From assembly GCF_009914755.1 (NCBI RefSeq), contig NC_060929.1: DNA of 64,000 bases; one strand, written 5' to 3'. Under the pieces are notes generated by a model. The model was not told where the DNA came from. It saw only the letters and a list, made by a program, of their open reading frames with translations, and made no database searches. This stretch comes from the human T2T-CHM13v2.0 reference genome, Homo sapiens. How positions within the stretch are numbered: the stretch's first letter is position 1; each line of letters opens with the position of its first letter. Both the position numbers and the translations under genes were made by a program. This document shows, piece by piece, positions 13,694 to 27,065 of the stretch.

Positions 13694-14072
13694 TGCTATG
13701 GTTGGAATATATCCCGCAAAGTCCATGTATTTGAAAGTTAATCCTCAATGCAATGGTACTGAGAGGTAGGATCTTTAAGAGGTGACTAGATCATGAAGAC
13801 TCTACCCTCATGAATGAATTAATGCTCTTATCGTGGGGCTGAGTCTGTTTTACAGGAGTGGGTTCCTTATTAAGGGTGAGTTTGGCTTCCTTCTCACTGT
13901 CTCTCATTCATGTGATGTCTTCTGCTATGTCATGATGTAACAAGAAGGCCCTCACCAGATGCTGGCATCCTAATCTTGGGCTTCCAAGCCTCCAGAACTG
14001 TGGGAAATACGTTTCTGTTCTTTATAAATTACCTAGTCTGTGGTGTTCTATCACCAAAATTGGACTGAGACA
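13694..14072 (+). mobile_element. MSTD/MSTC-like solo LTR
   Basis: TGCTATGGTT...GGACTGAGACA; TSD ATACT at 13689-13693 and 14073-14077. Confidence 0.85.
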
Positions 14073-14829
14073 ATACTCAAACTACAGTATGCAAAATAAT
14101 CATCTGAAATACATCTTTAAAATGTATGTTCCTAGTTCTTGTACCCAGAGATCATGACTCATTAGGTATGATGGATAGCCTGGGAATCTGAATCCCAGCA
14201 AGTTCTCTAGGTATATCTGAGAGAGCAAAAACCACAAAAGTAGACTAAATGACCACATAAATACAGAATGTTCTCCATGTCCTCAAGTTTGTAAAAAGCA
14301 AAATACAATACTTAATCCCCAATTGTCTGATTACTTTGGGTTAGTTTTTTGTGTTCTTTTGTGGGGGGCAGTGAAAGGCAATTTTAAGAAAAGAATACTA
14401 TGACTTTGGTTTTAAGTAAAATTTCTAAGAAATGTTTTTCTGGGACTTCCATATTTCCTAAATGGGCAACATTGCCCTCTATACCCTAAGGTCTAGCCAC
14501 ACTAGATACTTCCTAATGTCTCTGTCATGCCAAATGTTTTTCCCCAAAATTGTTTTTTCTCCTTTATCCTCTTGGTGAAACCCTCTTCATTACTGCAAAA
14601 CCAGGTTCAAATGCTGCCTTGGTATACCTTTCATGATTCCCTGCAGGATTAATGACTCATTCATTCATTAATTGTACCATTCATCAACTTGACTGATATG
14701 TTGAGAACTTACCATGTGCCGGGCACATGGTATAGCTTGAGAATAGCTTGAGAAACAAGACTTAATTCCTGCCATCAAGCTTGATTTACCATTTCTCAGA
14801 TCCTTTTGTTCATAGCTAATAGTTGGTGC

Positions 14830-14973
14830 TAAATTGACCCAACACTTGGTTTGCTCCAGGCTCTGTGCTAAGCACTCTACTGGCATTGAAACCTATAAAA
14901 TATCATCTTTTGCCAGTCCCATTTTAAGGATGAGTGAACTGAGGCACAGAGAAGCTAAACAAGTTGTCCAAGA
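14830..14973 (-). mobile_element. MIR fragment cut by the provirus
   Basis: CCCATTTTAAGGATGAGTGAACTGAGGCACAGAGAAG...TTGTCCAAGA ends at the ERV boundary. Confidence 0.7.
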
Positions 14974-15223
14974 TGTCAATACCAACTTCTTACAGAAAAT
15001 GGAGGTGAGCTATAGAAACAGCTGGATTGGTTACAGGTGGGTATTTGCCTTATTTAAACCAGGTTTGAACAGTTCGCTGGCTGAGATTGGCTAAGATTTA
15101 ACTACTTGTTACAAGAGTAGGTTACAGTGTATTTCCACATGAAGTTAGATTACATTCACTAAGTGTGAAGAAATCTCTAGGCCAAACTTAAAATATTTAG
15201 GCACTGCTAGGTCAAGCTTAACA
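14974..15223 (-). mobile_element. 3' LTR of the provirus, with ~150 bp internal deletion
   Basis: Aligns to 23890-24125; ends TTAACA on +; lacks the segment equivalent to 23760-23885. Confidence 0.8.
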
Positions 15224-15236
15224 ATTTTCTCCTTTT
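15224..15236 (-). other. Polypurine tract (PPT)
   Basis: AAAAGGAGAAAAT on -, directly upstream of the 3' LTR TG. Confidence 0.75.
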
Positions 15237-15426
15237 GGTCAAATTCTCAATTTTGAAAGATTGACAAAAACTTTAGGCATCAACATCACTATTATTATCA
15301 TAAATGGGCTTATTCCATCTCAGTTTGGAGTTCACAAATATTTGGTGTTAGTTTCCATCAGTTTTGGAATCTATCTGCTTTTTTAAAGCTTCAGTTTGAA
15401 TATGTGGCACTTAGCATGAGTGATTC

Positions 15427-15795
15427 TGATATGGTTTGGCTGTGTGTCCACCCAAATCTTATCTTGAATTGTAACTCTTACAATTCCCACCTGTTGTGGG
15501 AGGAACTTGGTAGGAGGTGATTGAATTATGGGAGTAGGTCTTTCCTGAGCCGTTCTCATGATAGTGAATGAGTGTCATGAGATCTGATGGTTTTAAAAAT
15601 GGGAGTTTCCCTGTGCAAGCTCTCTTTTTGCCTGTTGCCATCCACGTAAGATGTGACTTGCTCCTCCCTGCCTTCTGTCATGATTGTGAGGCCTTCCCAG
15701 CCATATGGAACTACAAGTCCATTAAACCTCTTTCTTTTGTAAATTTCCCAGTCTCGGGTATGTCTTTATCAGCAGCATGAAAATGAACTAATACG
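15427..15795 (+). mobile_element. THE1B solo LTR nested in the provirus
   Basis: TGATATGGTTTGG...AACTAATAC; TSD GATTC at 15422-15426 and 15796-15800. Confidence 0.92.
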
Positions 15796-16999
15796 GATTC
15801 CATGTCAGTTTGCTTTATTTTTTGGGGTCTAGTGAAGGAGCTCAATCCCAAACAACGGCCTCTCATAATTTTGTTTAATAATCCCCTCTTTAGGTCAAGT
15901 TTTTACCTATGTGAGAGTATGACAAAAATCTAGAGCTTCAGTACTACTCTCAGTTACCATAATTTTGGGATTCCAGTCTCAACATGTCATTCATAGGTTA
16001 TGGTGTCCACATAATCATGCATTTAAGTTTGGGTTATTCCAGTCAAAGAGATCATTTGGTATTCTACAGATGGCTGCATACAAACATTTAAAACTTTTGA
16101 GAGAATATAAAACACCAGGGAGACTATTACTGTGATTAGTAGGAGAATAACAACAATAGTTTGAAGTATATTCCCTACCCAGGGTCTCTATAAATCGAAC
16201 CAATCAAAATAAAATGATTCAAAGAATGAGCTGAATGAAGAGTCTACACATTTTAACCAGAGAGCCTATTGGTTAATCCTCTGCAACTGAGTCTCTATAA
16301 TATCTGATATATTCAACCATATGGAGTAAGTGTCAGCAACTGCACATATTCCTCCCTGTTCAGCGAGTAGGTAATCTAGAGCAATTCTATTATAACTCAA
16401 CTTCAGCAAAATAATTTTAACAAGTCTGTTGTACAACCATAATCTTTGTAGTAGAACCTGCTATGGAGCCTCTTAGGAGGGATAAATTTCTAATTATTGC
16501 CTTATTTGTAGTTACTCCAAGCAATGGAAAAAAGGACCTAACAAATGATACACATCCAGAAGAGTGAAGCCATCTGGAAATGTTCTTTTTAACCTATGAT
16601 GTAGTTTAACAGGTGTGGGCCAACTTTCTGTTTCTGATTGATTATGGTGTCTGACTGATTATGGAGTAATAAAGTTACTATTAAAATTTCCCACCTACAT
16701 TGACACTTCATCTTCCATTCATCAAGGCTTAAGATTACCCATGTATAAGACTGGCTGAAAAATCCTCTATAAGAAAGTACACCCTGTGGGTGGACACAAG
16801 GCCCGTTTTCAAGTTCTATTGTTCATAGAGGCATAAGCAAGTAAAAGATTAAGAGAGCTAAGAGTTTCATGATGGCAGAGGAGTCTTGATCTGTGATCTT
16901 GGGAAAGCTGTGTATGTCTAGGATGCCATCTGCTTTTGAAGAGAAACTTCCCTATTTAGCTTTACCTTAAGGTCTTGAAGGAGTGTACAGTTCCAAGAG

Positions 17000-17900
17000 T
17001 CTAAAAGGTCCTTCTGTTTTGTAAGATTATGAACCCAAGTTTTGAAGTTCCAAAGTCTCATTGCCATATGGGTGGCAAGGGCAATCTTTCTCTGATGCCA
17101 TTTCCAGAAGATCCAGCATCCAGGTTCTAGATTATGAAGGGTTCAATTGTCCTTAGTAGGTGGAGCATGAAAAGATTCCTTCACCTGTTGAAAATATACT
17201 TTGGCATAATGCATTAAAACCTTGCAACATTTAGTCATATCAGTGTATAGGAGAGTGGGAGATACATGAGGATCTACTATTAGGAGTATAGGCCTTCTAG
17301 TGACTATTTAATAAGGGGTTAATTTATGCTTTCCACTGGAAGTGAATCAGATTGTCTTCCATCTGCAATATCTTTGACCAAGGCAATACAGTCAATTCAG
17401 TTATATTTGCTTAATGCTATAGTGTCTGTAATAACTCATTTAACTCTTTTACAATTTTTCCAGTGAAACAAGTACTGTGATCACTGAAGAATGTCCCATT
17501 AGGGAAATACATTTTCCTATAAATTTTTAGCTACTGTTGTACCACTAACTTTCCTACATGGGAAAGCTTTTGTGAAGCCAGAAAACATGCATTAAAAATG
17601 GCAATTGAATGATATCCCTCCATAAATGTTCAAACTGCCCATTCAGCAGTGGAAATGTACCTGAAGTTTGATTGTCTTCCCTGGATTATGTGTTTGAGAA
17701 AACAAACGTGCTCATAAACCATTTTGGCAACTTAAAATAGTCACCACACCAACATTTCTTTTTCAAAATTTGGATTATTTTCTCTCTTCTATGATGTGTC
17801 ATGGAATGCAAAGCTTTTAATAGTGGAAATTTTAAGGATGCAGAAAGGATGACCAGATGGCCATCCAGGCTCTCCATGAGTGCATGCTTGACACTGAATT
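17000..17900 (-). pseudogene. Gammaretrovirus-like integrase relic
   Basis: On -: LHSMTHH (HHCC start, in ORF 17686-18060), MFSGFTKAFPCRK..TTVAKNL*ENVFP*W, SDHSTCFTGKIVKEL, and WVH near 17030; stops and frameshifts. Confidence 0.8.
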
Positions 17901-19706
17901 TAAATCCTCCTAAATACAATTTTTGTTTCTCCAATTCAGGTGTACAACATTGTTTATTAAGTGGGTTATCATAGGTTATGTGACTTGGATCATGGAGTTC
18001 ATGCAAATTGCATATCTTAACAATTTCAGTACTGGTTGAATTAGCATGAAAATCTGCCAAAGAATTCCCTTGTATTTAATTAATTCTTTTTCTGCTTGGG
18101 GTAGTAGTTTTGTAAATGAGTCAGCCTCTTCATTAGAGTTCTGGAAATTCTTACCAAGTCCAAATGAGATGAACCTAAAGTTATCAGAAATCTGTATTCA
18201 ATAGTACTTGTCATGGTCCTTCCCAAACTTTCCATGAACCTTTTGGAAGACTCAACTCTTCAAGATTATAATTGCTAGTAAAGAACTTTCAGAAAAAAGC
18301 ATCAGAATTAAGCAATTAACTGTGGACAACAAGTCTTAAAATAGTCATGGTTAAAGACACAATTGGCAAGTAAATTTGGTTATTCCTGTAGCCCATAATA
18401 ATTTAACATAATAACCATAATTATGACTGATAACATATACCAAGACATCTCAAAATTTTAGAAACTGCATACAATTTTTGACCACATATTTATAACATAT
18501 CCATAAAAATATAACTCAAAGAAGGTTAAATGTAATTTCTTATTTAATAATGCTTCCCATATGATTTAATATATCAAATTATCTCTTGTTTGGATGCTTC
18601 AGAGGCCCTTTGGGATATCCCCAAATTAGATTGAAGTCAGAAAGACTTATTTTTAGAATTTGAAATTTGATTTTGGAAAGCATGTCAAATTTGTCAAAGG
18701 TTTATAACACTATCAAAATCAGTTCACAGGTCATTGTAAAATAATAGTCATTGATTTCATGAAACTGATAACTAAAAAAGCAAAAACCTTTACTCTTTGA
18801 TAGAAAGAATACTGTTTTTCTAACAATCAAAAGACCTAATAAAGACAGCATGAAGCACAAAAAATATCTTTTTCTTTCTCCCCTGCCCCTCTTTTATTTC
18901 AGTTTACTCAAAAGATGAACAAAAATCTTTTACTATCTCTTCTCAGTGTTACACAAAAATCTTGTTTAAAAGAGAAAGCCAAATTCTAATTTTGTATTAG
19001 TGTACTTTTGTTATTAATCCTCAATTTTTAGAAAACCTTATAAATAGTTCCCATCTAATTTTAGCCACCTTGATCATACATACAATTTCTTTCACAAGAT
19101 TCCTGTTTCACAAACCTTCTACAAACTTTTCTCTTCCTCATTTTGGAAGAGCCAGTCATTTTACTTTAGGACAAAGTTACTTTTTTTTTCTCTTATCTAA
19201 AACATATATTTTATGTAAGCTTCACTTACCAAAAATGTGTCTTACTTTCCTGATACAAGATGTTGTTTTAGTTACCTTATATTAATTAAATTTTTAAAAA
19301 CTCTAGTACCTTAGTTTTTAGTGAAATCCTAGGAAGTTAGAATTTTTGAACTGTTGTATATCAATATTTTGTTGATGAGAACCATTTCATAATTTTTTGA
19401 AACATATTTCCTCATAAAATTATTTTTGGGTTTATTAACAATCCTAAATATATTTAGTTTCTCTGTATCATATAAAAACAAAGTGTTGAAATATATAAAC
19501 TTAAGGTTATGCTTAATAATTGTTTCAGTATTTTAACTCACTTATAAACGAGTCAGACTTTCAATGAGTATCTATTATTTAGCTTAACATGACTTTAAGA
19601 TTTTTAATTTCTAAAAAAAGATTTTTAAAAAAATAACAAGTTCATTTATAAAATTTCATGTCCTTTACTTTTGTATAATTTACTCATTTTTAACAATTAT
19701 GCCTAA

Positions 19707-19995
<289 letters not shown>

Positions 19996-20024
19996 TGTCC
20001 CTTAAATTTCTTACTAAACAAAAC

Positions 20025-20487
20025 TGTAGCAGGACGAGCTGCAGACAAAACCCCTCAGATACCAAGTTAAAGAAGGAAAAGGCTTTATTCGGCTCAGAGC
20101 ATTGGCAGACTCACATCTCAAAAACTGCACTCCCGAGGGAGAAATTTCTGCCCCTTTTAAAGGCTTACAACTCTAAGTGGTCCGTGTGAAAGGGTCATGA
20201 TTGATTGAGTAAGTAGGGGGTATGTGATTGGGGCTGCACGCACCAGTGATCAGAACAGAACTGAACCGAACAGGGAGTTACACAATGCTTCCTCAACAAT
20301 GTCTGGAATCTATAGATAACATAAGTGATTAGGTCAGGGGTTGATCTTTAACTACCAGGCCCGGAGTGTGGCACCAGGCTGTCTTTCTATTGAATTTCAC
20401 TTCTGCCTTTTCTTTAACTCCTACTTTCTCTTTCCTTAGAGGCAGAAATTAGGCAGAAGACAATATGAGAGGTGGTCTCCTCCCTTA
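20025..20487 (-). mobile_element. LTR2/LTR2B (HERV-E/Harlequin) solo LTR
   Basis: On - starts TAAGGGAGGAGACCACC and ends GCTCGTCCTGCTACA; AATAAA present; TSD AAAC at 20021-20024 and 20488-20491. Confidence 0.88.
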
Positions 20488-21797
20488 AAACTAGCTAGTG
20501 GAATTTAGGAAATATCATCCCTAAATATAGTGACTTAGTAGATTATTGCTACCAATAGGGAAGAAGGAAAAGGCTTTAAAAATTCTCCTTATTTTTCTTA
20601 AAGATGAATTTTTCAAAGGAACACAAATGTCCTCAATCCTCTCCCCAGGGAGTTTCAGTAACCAGGAAAAATTAACTTTCATCACAGTAGAAGACACTTC
20701 GTCACATCAAGTAGACATTATCCCAAACCATTACTCATTCTTCTAAAGGGTCATTCAATTTTTCCCAAAACAATTTACTCTAAAGATTTTTCTCCACCCA
20801 CTGACCATTGTACCCATTTTAGAAAGGGGTGAAGTGAAACAACTCTGGCCTTTTTCTTGATTGACCTGCATGATTATTCCCTAAGTGATTGTTAGTTAGG
20901 TTGCTCATTGTAATCTCTGTCTTTAGCTTTTTAAATTTCTCTCAACTGAAGTAAATAGGACAGACTGTGTGGAGTTCTATAATGCTGGGGGATTAGTAGG
21001 TATCTCTTTGACCAATCTAGCCTTCAGTAGATTCCATCTTTGTTTTAACCCTATTGCTGTCTGTTTTATTTATCCCATTTTTAATAACCATCTAAAATTA
21101 TTACCCTCATATTGCATCCCATTTTTAATAACTATCTAAAAATTTTCACCCTACATTTGTATTTCAAAACAGATGGCTTAGGTAAAACAAGGTAGAAAAT
21201 TTACATCTCAATGGCACAGAGGTGAGACATCAATGTAATATCATCATTTTCCCAAACCTAGGAAGGAGAGTGTAGGTAAAAGACCAGTTAAGACAAGATA
21301 GCCAAGAAAGCCACCTTAGACAAAGGTAAGATTTGTTATGTAAATTTAAGCCAATGCTGTTTTCATTGTTATTGTTTCTGGTGACATTCCTTTTTCTCTT
21401 CCTGTTGCACAGAGGCAGACACCTTACAAATGGAGATTTACTTTGTAAATGTAAATTTCTTTTGCAAAAGGCTTTCAAAATGGCTAAATAGTGAAAGTTG
21501 TATTTTGGAGACTGATTTATCTCAGTAGGAGGTCTTTTTAACTGAGTTTTTATTTCTTTTCAGACCATTAAAGAATAGAGCAAAGAAAGCATTCTCTCTG
21601 GGTGGACTCAGAGCAGATGGCTCTCAAAAAGAAACAAGCCTAATTTACCTGGAGCCATACCTTTTATAAACATTTTACCTAGCTTTCTTTCCGCCTTTGA
21701 GGTGGAATAGTAACTAAGTCAAAAGTTTAGCAGCTTCAATTTTTCCTATTAATTACTAGCTTAAGCTTTTTACTTGTCCTTTTAAAGGAGTCTTTTA

Positions 21798-22134
<337 letters not shown>

Positions 22135-22577
22135 AAAACAGGCAATTCAAATACTGAACTTTTTCAGAAGTTTCTTCATATTGCTAGGCATCCTTGGGTG
22201 AGCCTAATTCGGGAGCCCTCATTTTTAAATGAACTTTTTAAATTGCAGTGTTAATTTGGAACATTCTATTGTAACTTTAAATTATCTTTCATAAGCTTTT
22301 GCCATTTATGTAAGTGTTTGCAGCTTCTGGGGCCTAATATTTCTACATTTAAAGGTAATAGTCAGAAGGTGGAGTTCTCAATTCTTCAGAAATTAAGGAT
22401 CTCATTGTTTTGTTGAATCTAGGCTTTAGCTGTCAGATCCTCTTGCTCAACTTAGTCAAGAATTTTTCCTGACCTAAGTGTACAAGAAAAAGAAACAAAT
22501 GAAATAGAATACAAAAATCCCTGCAAATTTCTGAATGCCAGAATTTGTACTTCCCTGCAGTCATTGCCATTTATTGC

Positions 22578-22907
22578 TGTTGCAGAATTTTGCTCCTTAG
22601 TTCAGCTAAAACCAGGTTCTTGTCACATGAGTAGGAAAGATTAGGTGGACAGACACACTGAAGGGTGAGAAGAGAATTTATTGGGTGAAAAGAAAAAAAA
22701 GTCTCAGCAAAGTAAGAGAGAGTCCTGCTAACAGGCCCTCCACCTCACAGATTGAATACCAGACCACCACACATTGCTGAAGAGACCAGCCTCTTCCCTG
22801 CTGCACAAAGCGTGAACTTCCCATGGCTACACCCTGTTCTCCCAGGACACAGGTGGGTCAGAGATTCTCTGGGGACCCTCTCCCTTATCTGCCTCCTTCA
22901 TCTATCC
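22578..22907 (-). mobile_element. MER61-family solo LTR
   Basis: TGTTGCAGAATTTTGCTCCTTAGTTCAGCTAAAACC...CTTATCTGCCTCC; TSD TTGC/CTGC. Confidence 0.8.
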
Positions 22908-23124
22908 CTGCCAGCTTCTGTCTGACTCAATCAGACATCTGAGGCCTCTAAACGGATCCAGTCCAGTTAACTGTTGGAACCAATCTGATCCTGGACTCAG
23001 TCTGATTCTGGACCCAGTCCAGTTTCTGTTGTGACTTCCAAACCCAGTTTAGATCCAATATTTGCTCAAACAAAGTCAGATAGCTCAAAATACAAATTCA
23101 TAGAGCTTTTGAATCTGTGAGACA

Positions 23125-23134
23125 ACTTACCTAC
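23125..23134 (-). promoter_or_regulatory. Proviral leader splice donor (putative)
   Basis: TAG|GTAAGT on -, ~105 nt downstream of the PBS. Confidence 0.55.
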
Positions 23135-23233
23135 AATCTCTAGTTGCTGTAAGAGAGCAATGGACATAATGGGCTTGGTATGTACCTCTTTTGATAACTC
23201 CATGTGCCTGGAAGTTGTTGGAAGTTCTACTTT

Positions 23234-23253
23234 GAATCCCACTTCTGACACCA
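23234..23253 (-). other. Primer-binding site, tRNA-Leu
   Basis: TGGTGTCAGAAGTGGGATTC on -, 2 nt after the 5' LTR; complementary to the tRNA-Leu(CAA) 3' end GAAUCCCACUUCUGACACCA as recalled. Confidence 0.88.
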
Positions 23254-23255
23254 TC

Positions 23256-24125
23256 TGTCAAAACAAAAACTTTATGCAAATTAAATTTAACAGTGTCAAC
23301 TAAGAAGAGACAAAAGACCAGATTGCAATGCAGTAACACAAGGCATTTGTTGGGGTCTTAGCAATTGCAATTGAAGAGACATAGATTTCGCTTAAAGCCA
23401 AATTGTATTCTGAGGAGATGAAGGGGAGTAGGGATTTTCAAAGGGATGCTGATGGTGATTACATGGTTGTTGTTTTAAAAGTTGTTTTGAAAGAATTATC
23501 ATTGGTGGATGTGGCTGGCTTAGTACATGAGTCCATAGTTCATTGCTTGTTGCTATTTAGGAGTTGCTGCAGTAACAAAAGTCAGCTATTTTTCATGATA
23601 TTCTGGGTGTGCGGGTTTGGCCCAATTCAAAGTTTCGAGGCGAATTTCTGTTTTTGCAAGGTGGAGATTGTGCAAATAGCCCTTCTTAGAATGGCTTCCT
23701 GATTCCACTTTAGACCTCTGAACCAGAGTAATTTTATTTTGTAGCTCATATTTCACAACTGAATTTGATTGAGCAAAGAATGATTTATGAATTGGGCAGC
23801 CCCCAGAACCAGAATAGGTTCAGAGTGATTTTGGGGCTGCTACATAGTCAGATAACCTTAATGGACAGAAAAAGAAAACTGATAGATAGAAAACAGAAGT
23901 AAGGTATATAAACAGTTGGACTGGCTATAGCTGGATGTTTGCCTTATTTAAACCAGGTTTGAACAGTTGGCTATCTGCAATTGCCTGAGACTGGGCTACT
24001 TGTTATGAGTATGTTACAATGTGTTTATACATCAAGTCAGATTACGGTTCACTATGTATGAAGAAACCTTTAGGCCACACTTAATACATGTAGGCAGGCA
24101 GCTTTAGGCAAAAGTTAATTTAACA
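23256..24125 (-). mobile_element. 5' LTR of the provirus (MER57-type, ~400 bp net), split by an LTR insertion
   Basis: On - starts TGTTAAATTAACTTTTGCCTAAAGCTGCC and ends TTTTGACA. Confidence 0.85.
23294..23757 (-). mobile_element. ERV1-class solo LTR (family uncertain) inside the 5' LTR
   Basis: TG...CA termini (TGTCAACT...TTTCACA); TSD ACAG/ACTG; the host LTR resumes on both sides. Confidence 0.7.
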
Positions 24126-24631
24126 AGATCTTGAAGGCAGAACTCCTTAAAAGGGTAGGTGTCAGGAAGATGAGCAAGTGGCTCCCAGGCCAAGGAAAGG
24201 ATGTTGCATCAGATCTTTGGTGTTTCAGGGCATGAAAAGATACTCTGGCCAGTTCCTCGGGAAGCGACTGAGGGAAAGGAAAAAATCATCATTGCTATTG
24301 GCCCATAAAATGTAGAAATCTCAAGCTAGTCTGTCTGAAACCAGTGTCTAGGAGCTGGTGGGTAGCTTACTGAACACGAGCTTTTCTAATGCTAAACATG
24401 AGCCTGCACTGATGCCTGTGGTAGAAGCCAGAATAGAGGATACATACTGCCACCCTGTGCCTCTCGACCAGCTGGGTGATCCCTCAGCTCCACTACCACA
24501 TCCCTCTAGAGCAGCTGCCATTCAGCAGCCAATACTTCTCCTCATGGTGACAGCTGAAGAGGACATAGCCTTATTCTCTTTCCAGCTAACTAAACTAAGG
24601 GGACTCTCCAATTTTAGCAGTGGTTTAAAAT

Positions 24632-24722
24632 AGCTGTAGCGAGCTGAGGCCGTGCCACTGCACCTCCAGCCTGGGTGACAGAGGGAGACTCTGTCTCAAA
24701 AAAAAAAAAAAAAAAAAAAAAA
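24632..24722 (+). mobile_element. Alu 3' fragment (heavily 5'-truncated)
   Basis: GAGCTGAG..CCACTGCAC.TCCAGCCTGGGTGACAGAG..AGACTCTGTCTC plus A tail. Confidence 0.85.
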
Positions 24723-26685
24723 GAAGGGTAAAAATGAAAAAAAAATCTGATGTAATCATATTAAAATGGCTTGCTTCATAATCAACTTTTTGGCTATGTC
24801 TATGTGATGTTTGATTTTTCTTTTAACTGATCTGACTGATTTCATTTAACAGAAACAGAGATGCATAATCTAGGGCATAATTTAGGCACAACGAGAGTCA
24901 CCTATGCACAACCACTGAAGTAATTTTAGTAACTGTTGGTGGATTCCATATAAATGCAAGACACTCTCCTTAAGGAAACAGGAGATTCAAGGCTGGGGGA
25001 AAAGGGTTCGAAATATAGTAGAGTCACAACACACGTGGGCTCACACATACACAAAGCAGCATATTACAATGGTAAAGGAAAAGAAGAAAAGCTGCAAATA
25101 GTCAAGCCATCCAATCTTTAGGCTCTTCAAGAGACTTCTTAAATCACATTTCACCATTGACTAATGGTCCAATTTTGGTCAGATTGGATTTCAAGGCTGC
25201 TTTAATAACCTGCCTTGAGCCATTACTTCTGCAGTTGGATGACTTGCATCTTGTAGACATGGCCTTTGCCTCTGAATGTGCACTCAGAACTGCATCAGAA
25301 TCAAATGCTGTTAAAAAGAATCGATATTTCTGAGTTGGGTTATGGAGGAAAAAACAAGGCTGGAAACTGCATGCTTTCCTATCTTGTTCCACTGACCAAG
25401 ACATCTTCCTTAAACATGCTTATCTTATAAATACATTTTGGTAGATTTCACCATTTTCAATATCACCGAGGAAGATTAAAAGCCTCTAGCATATATCTAA
25501 ACTCTGAGTTTGAAGTGTAAATACAAAAACGACTATACTGAAAGAATTAATTTGCCGAGGAATGCACTGTTACTTTGAGGGTCTAACTCTCTGAACACGT
25601 GTCAGAGTTCCTAAGGTGACCTGTACTTTAATGTAATATGGAAATGAGGACAAATGACAACAGTTTGGCTCCATTTATTTTTCTAATTCTGTGGGACTTA
25701 ATTTCACACAGGACAAGCTAACGAATTTTTCCCAAGAGAAGTTGTAAGGGAAGTGAGTTGCTCCTGGGGTTATAGACCGTGGCTCCACAGAAAATGTTGA
25801 GCTTCATGTTTCTCACATCATCCATAGTTCGTCCTAGGACACATAACTGATAGTTAATCCTGGAGGATTCAAGATATGCCTGGTTCATTTCAGACTCCAA
25901 AGAGTCAACAACAACAACAGAAAGGTGGCTTTCAATTGAGTACACTCTTGTTTCCTAGCAACAAAGGCCACAGGAAGTTGAGGCCCATTAAGATGAAGAA
26001 GAAAACACAAAGCTGTTATTGCTCCGAGGCACTGAAATACCTCTTTAGACCACTGAACTTTCAATTAGTCTGTTTTATAAATTAATCATTGCTTTCATTG
26101 AAATTGTGTGTGTGTGTGTATATATACATATATAAAAGAAACAAGAAGGAAATCATAGTTCTATGTCATAAAGCAGCAGCACTGTAGGCTGAATTACAAT
26201 CTTCATCTAGATTGAAGATTCTGAGAAATATCTGTGTATATTTAAATATCTTTTTGACAATGGTAGACCTCCTTTTGAGTCAACAATATAGGAGTCTTTG
26301 CTCTAAAAATGAGAACTTTTTAGTATGTCTAATTTTCTCATGAATGGCAAATTAGCAAATAAAATATTTGGGTGCTTAATCTCTAATCTGCATAATAATA
26401 AATACTCTCAAAACAAAATCATCTATTTTATATTCTTTGTAGAAAACAATTATATACAGATTTTGGAGGAAATGTAATTCTCTACATTGAGAAAGCCAAT
26501 ATTTACCTTCCAATTCTTAAAGAGCTGTGAATAATAATTCATCATCCTCCTCCAGTTCTGAGCTTTTTCTCCAAGTAAATTTAGGCAAAGATCTGGAAGC
26601 CCTCATTTTTCATGCTCATGCTGAAAAGATGTGGGCTCTTAGAACTTTGGCATTAGCTCATTTCATGTTGGGGGAAGATGAAAAA

Positions 26686-26775
26686 TGAGGAGCAGGAGCA
26701 GGAGAAAGAGGAGCAGAGGGAGGAGGAAAAAAGAAGAAAGGAGAGGAGGAGAAAAGAGGAAAGGAAGAGAAAATG
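26686..26775 (+). repeat. GA-rich low-complexity tract
   Basis: Nearly pure purine run of GGA/GAA units. Confidence 0.8.
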
Positions 26776-26859
26776 ATTTCTGTCTTAGTTTAATTTAAAG
26801 TAATTGTAGACTTGTGGGCACAAGTAACCAGCATCAGCCATAGTATTAATACTTATGAT

Positions 26860-27065
26860 AAGGGCAACCATGTCATGGTTTCTTATTATGTGGATACCTT
26901 GGGCTAAGAGCTTTATATTCATCACCTCGTTTAATCCTCACAACAATCCATGAGGTAGATTCTGTTATGATATCTGCTTGCAGAAGATAGAGCTGATGCT
27001 CAGGGTTAAATGACTTGCTTTAAGTTATCCAGCTGCCAAGTGGAAGAGCCCAATCTGGAGTCCTT
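26860..27065 (-). mobile_element. MIR
   Basis: TTTAATCCTCACAACAATCCATGAGGTAG...GGTTAAATGACTTGC. Confidence 0.75.

Noticed and set aside
23231-23253. tRNA-Leu gene
   Set aside because: Only the 3' ~20 nt with encoded CCA is present, next to an LTR; it is a PBS.
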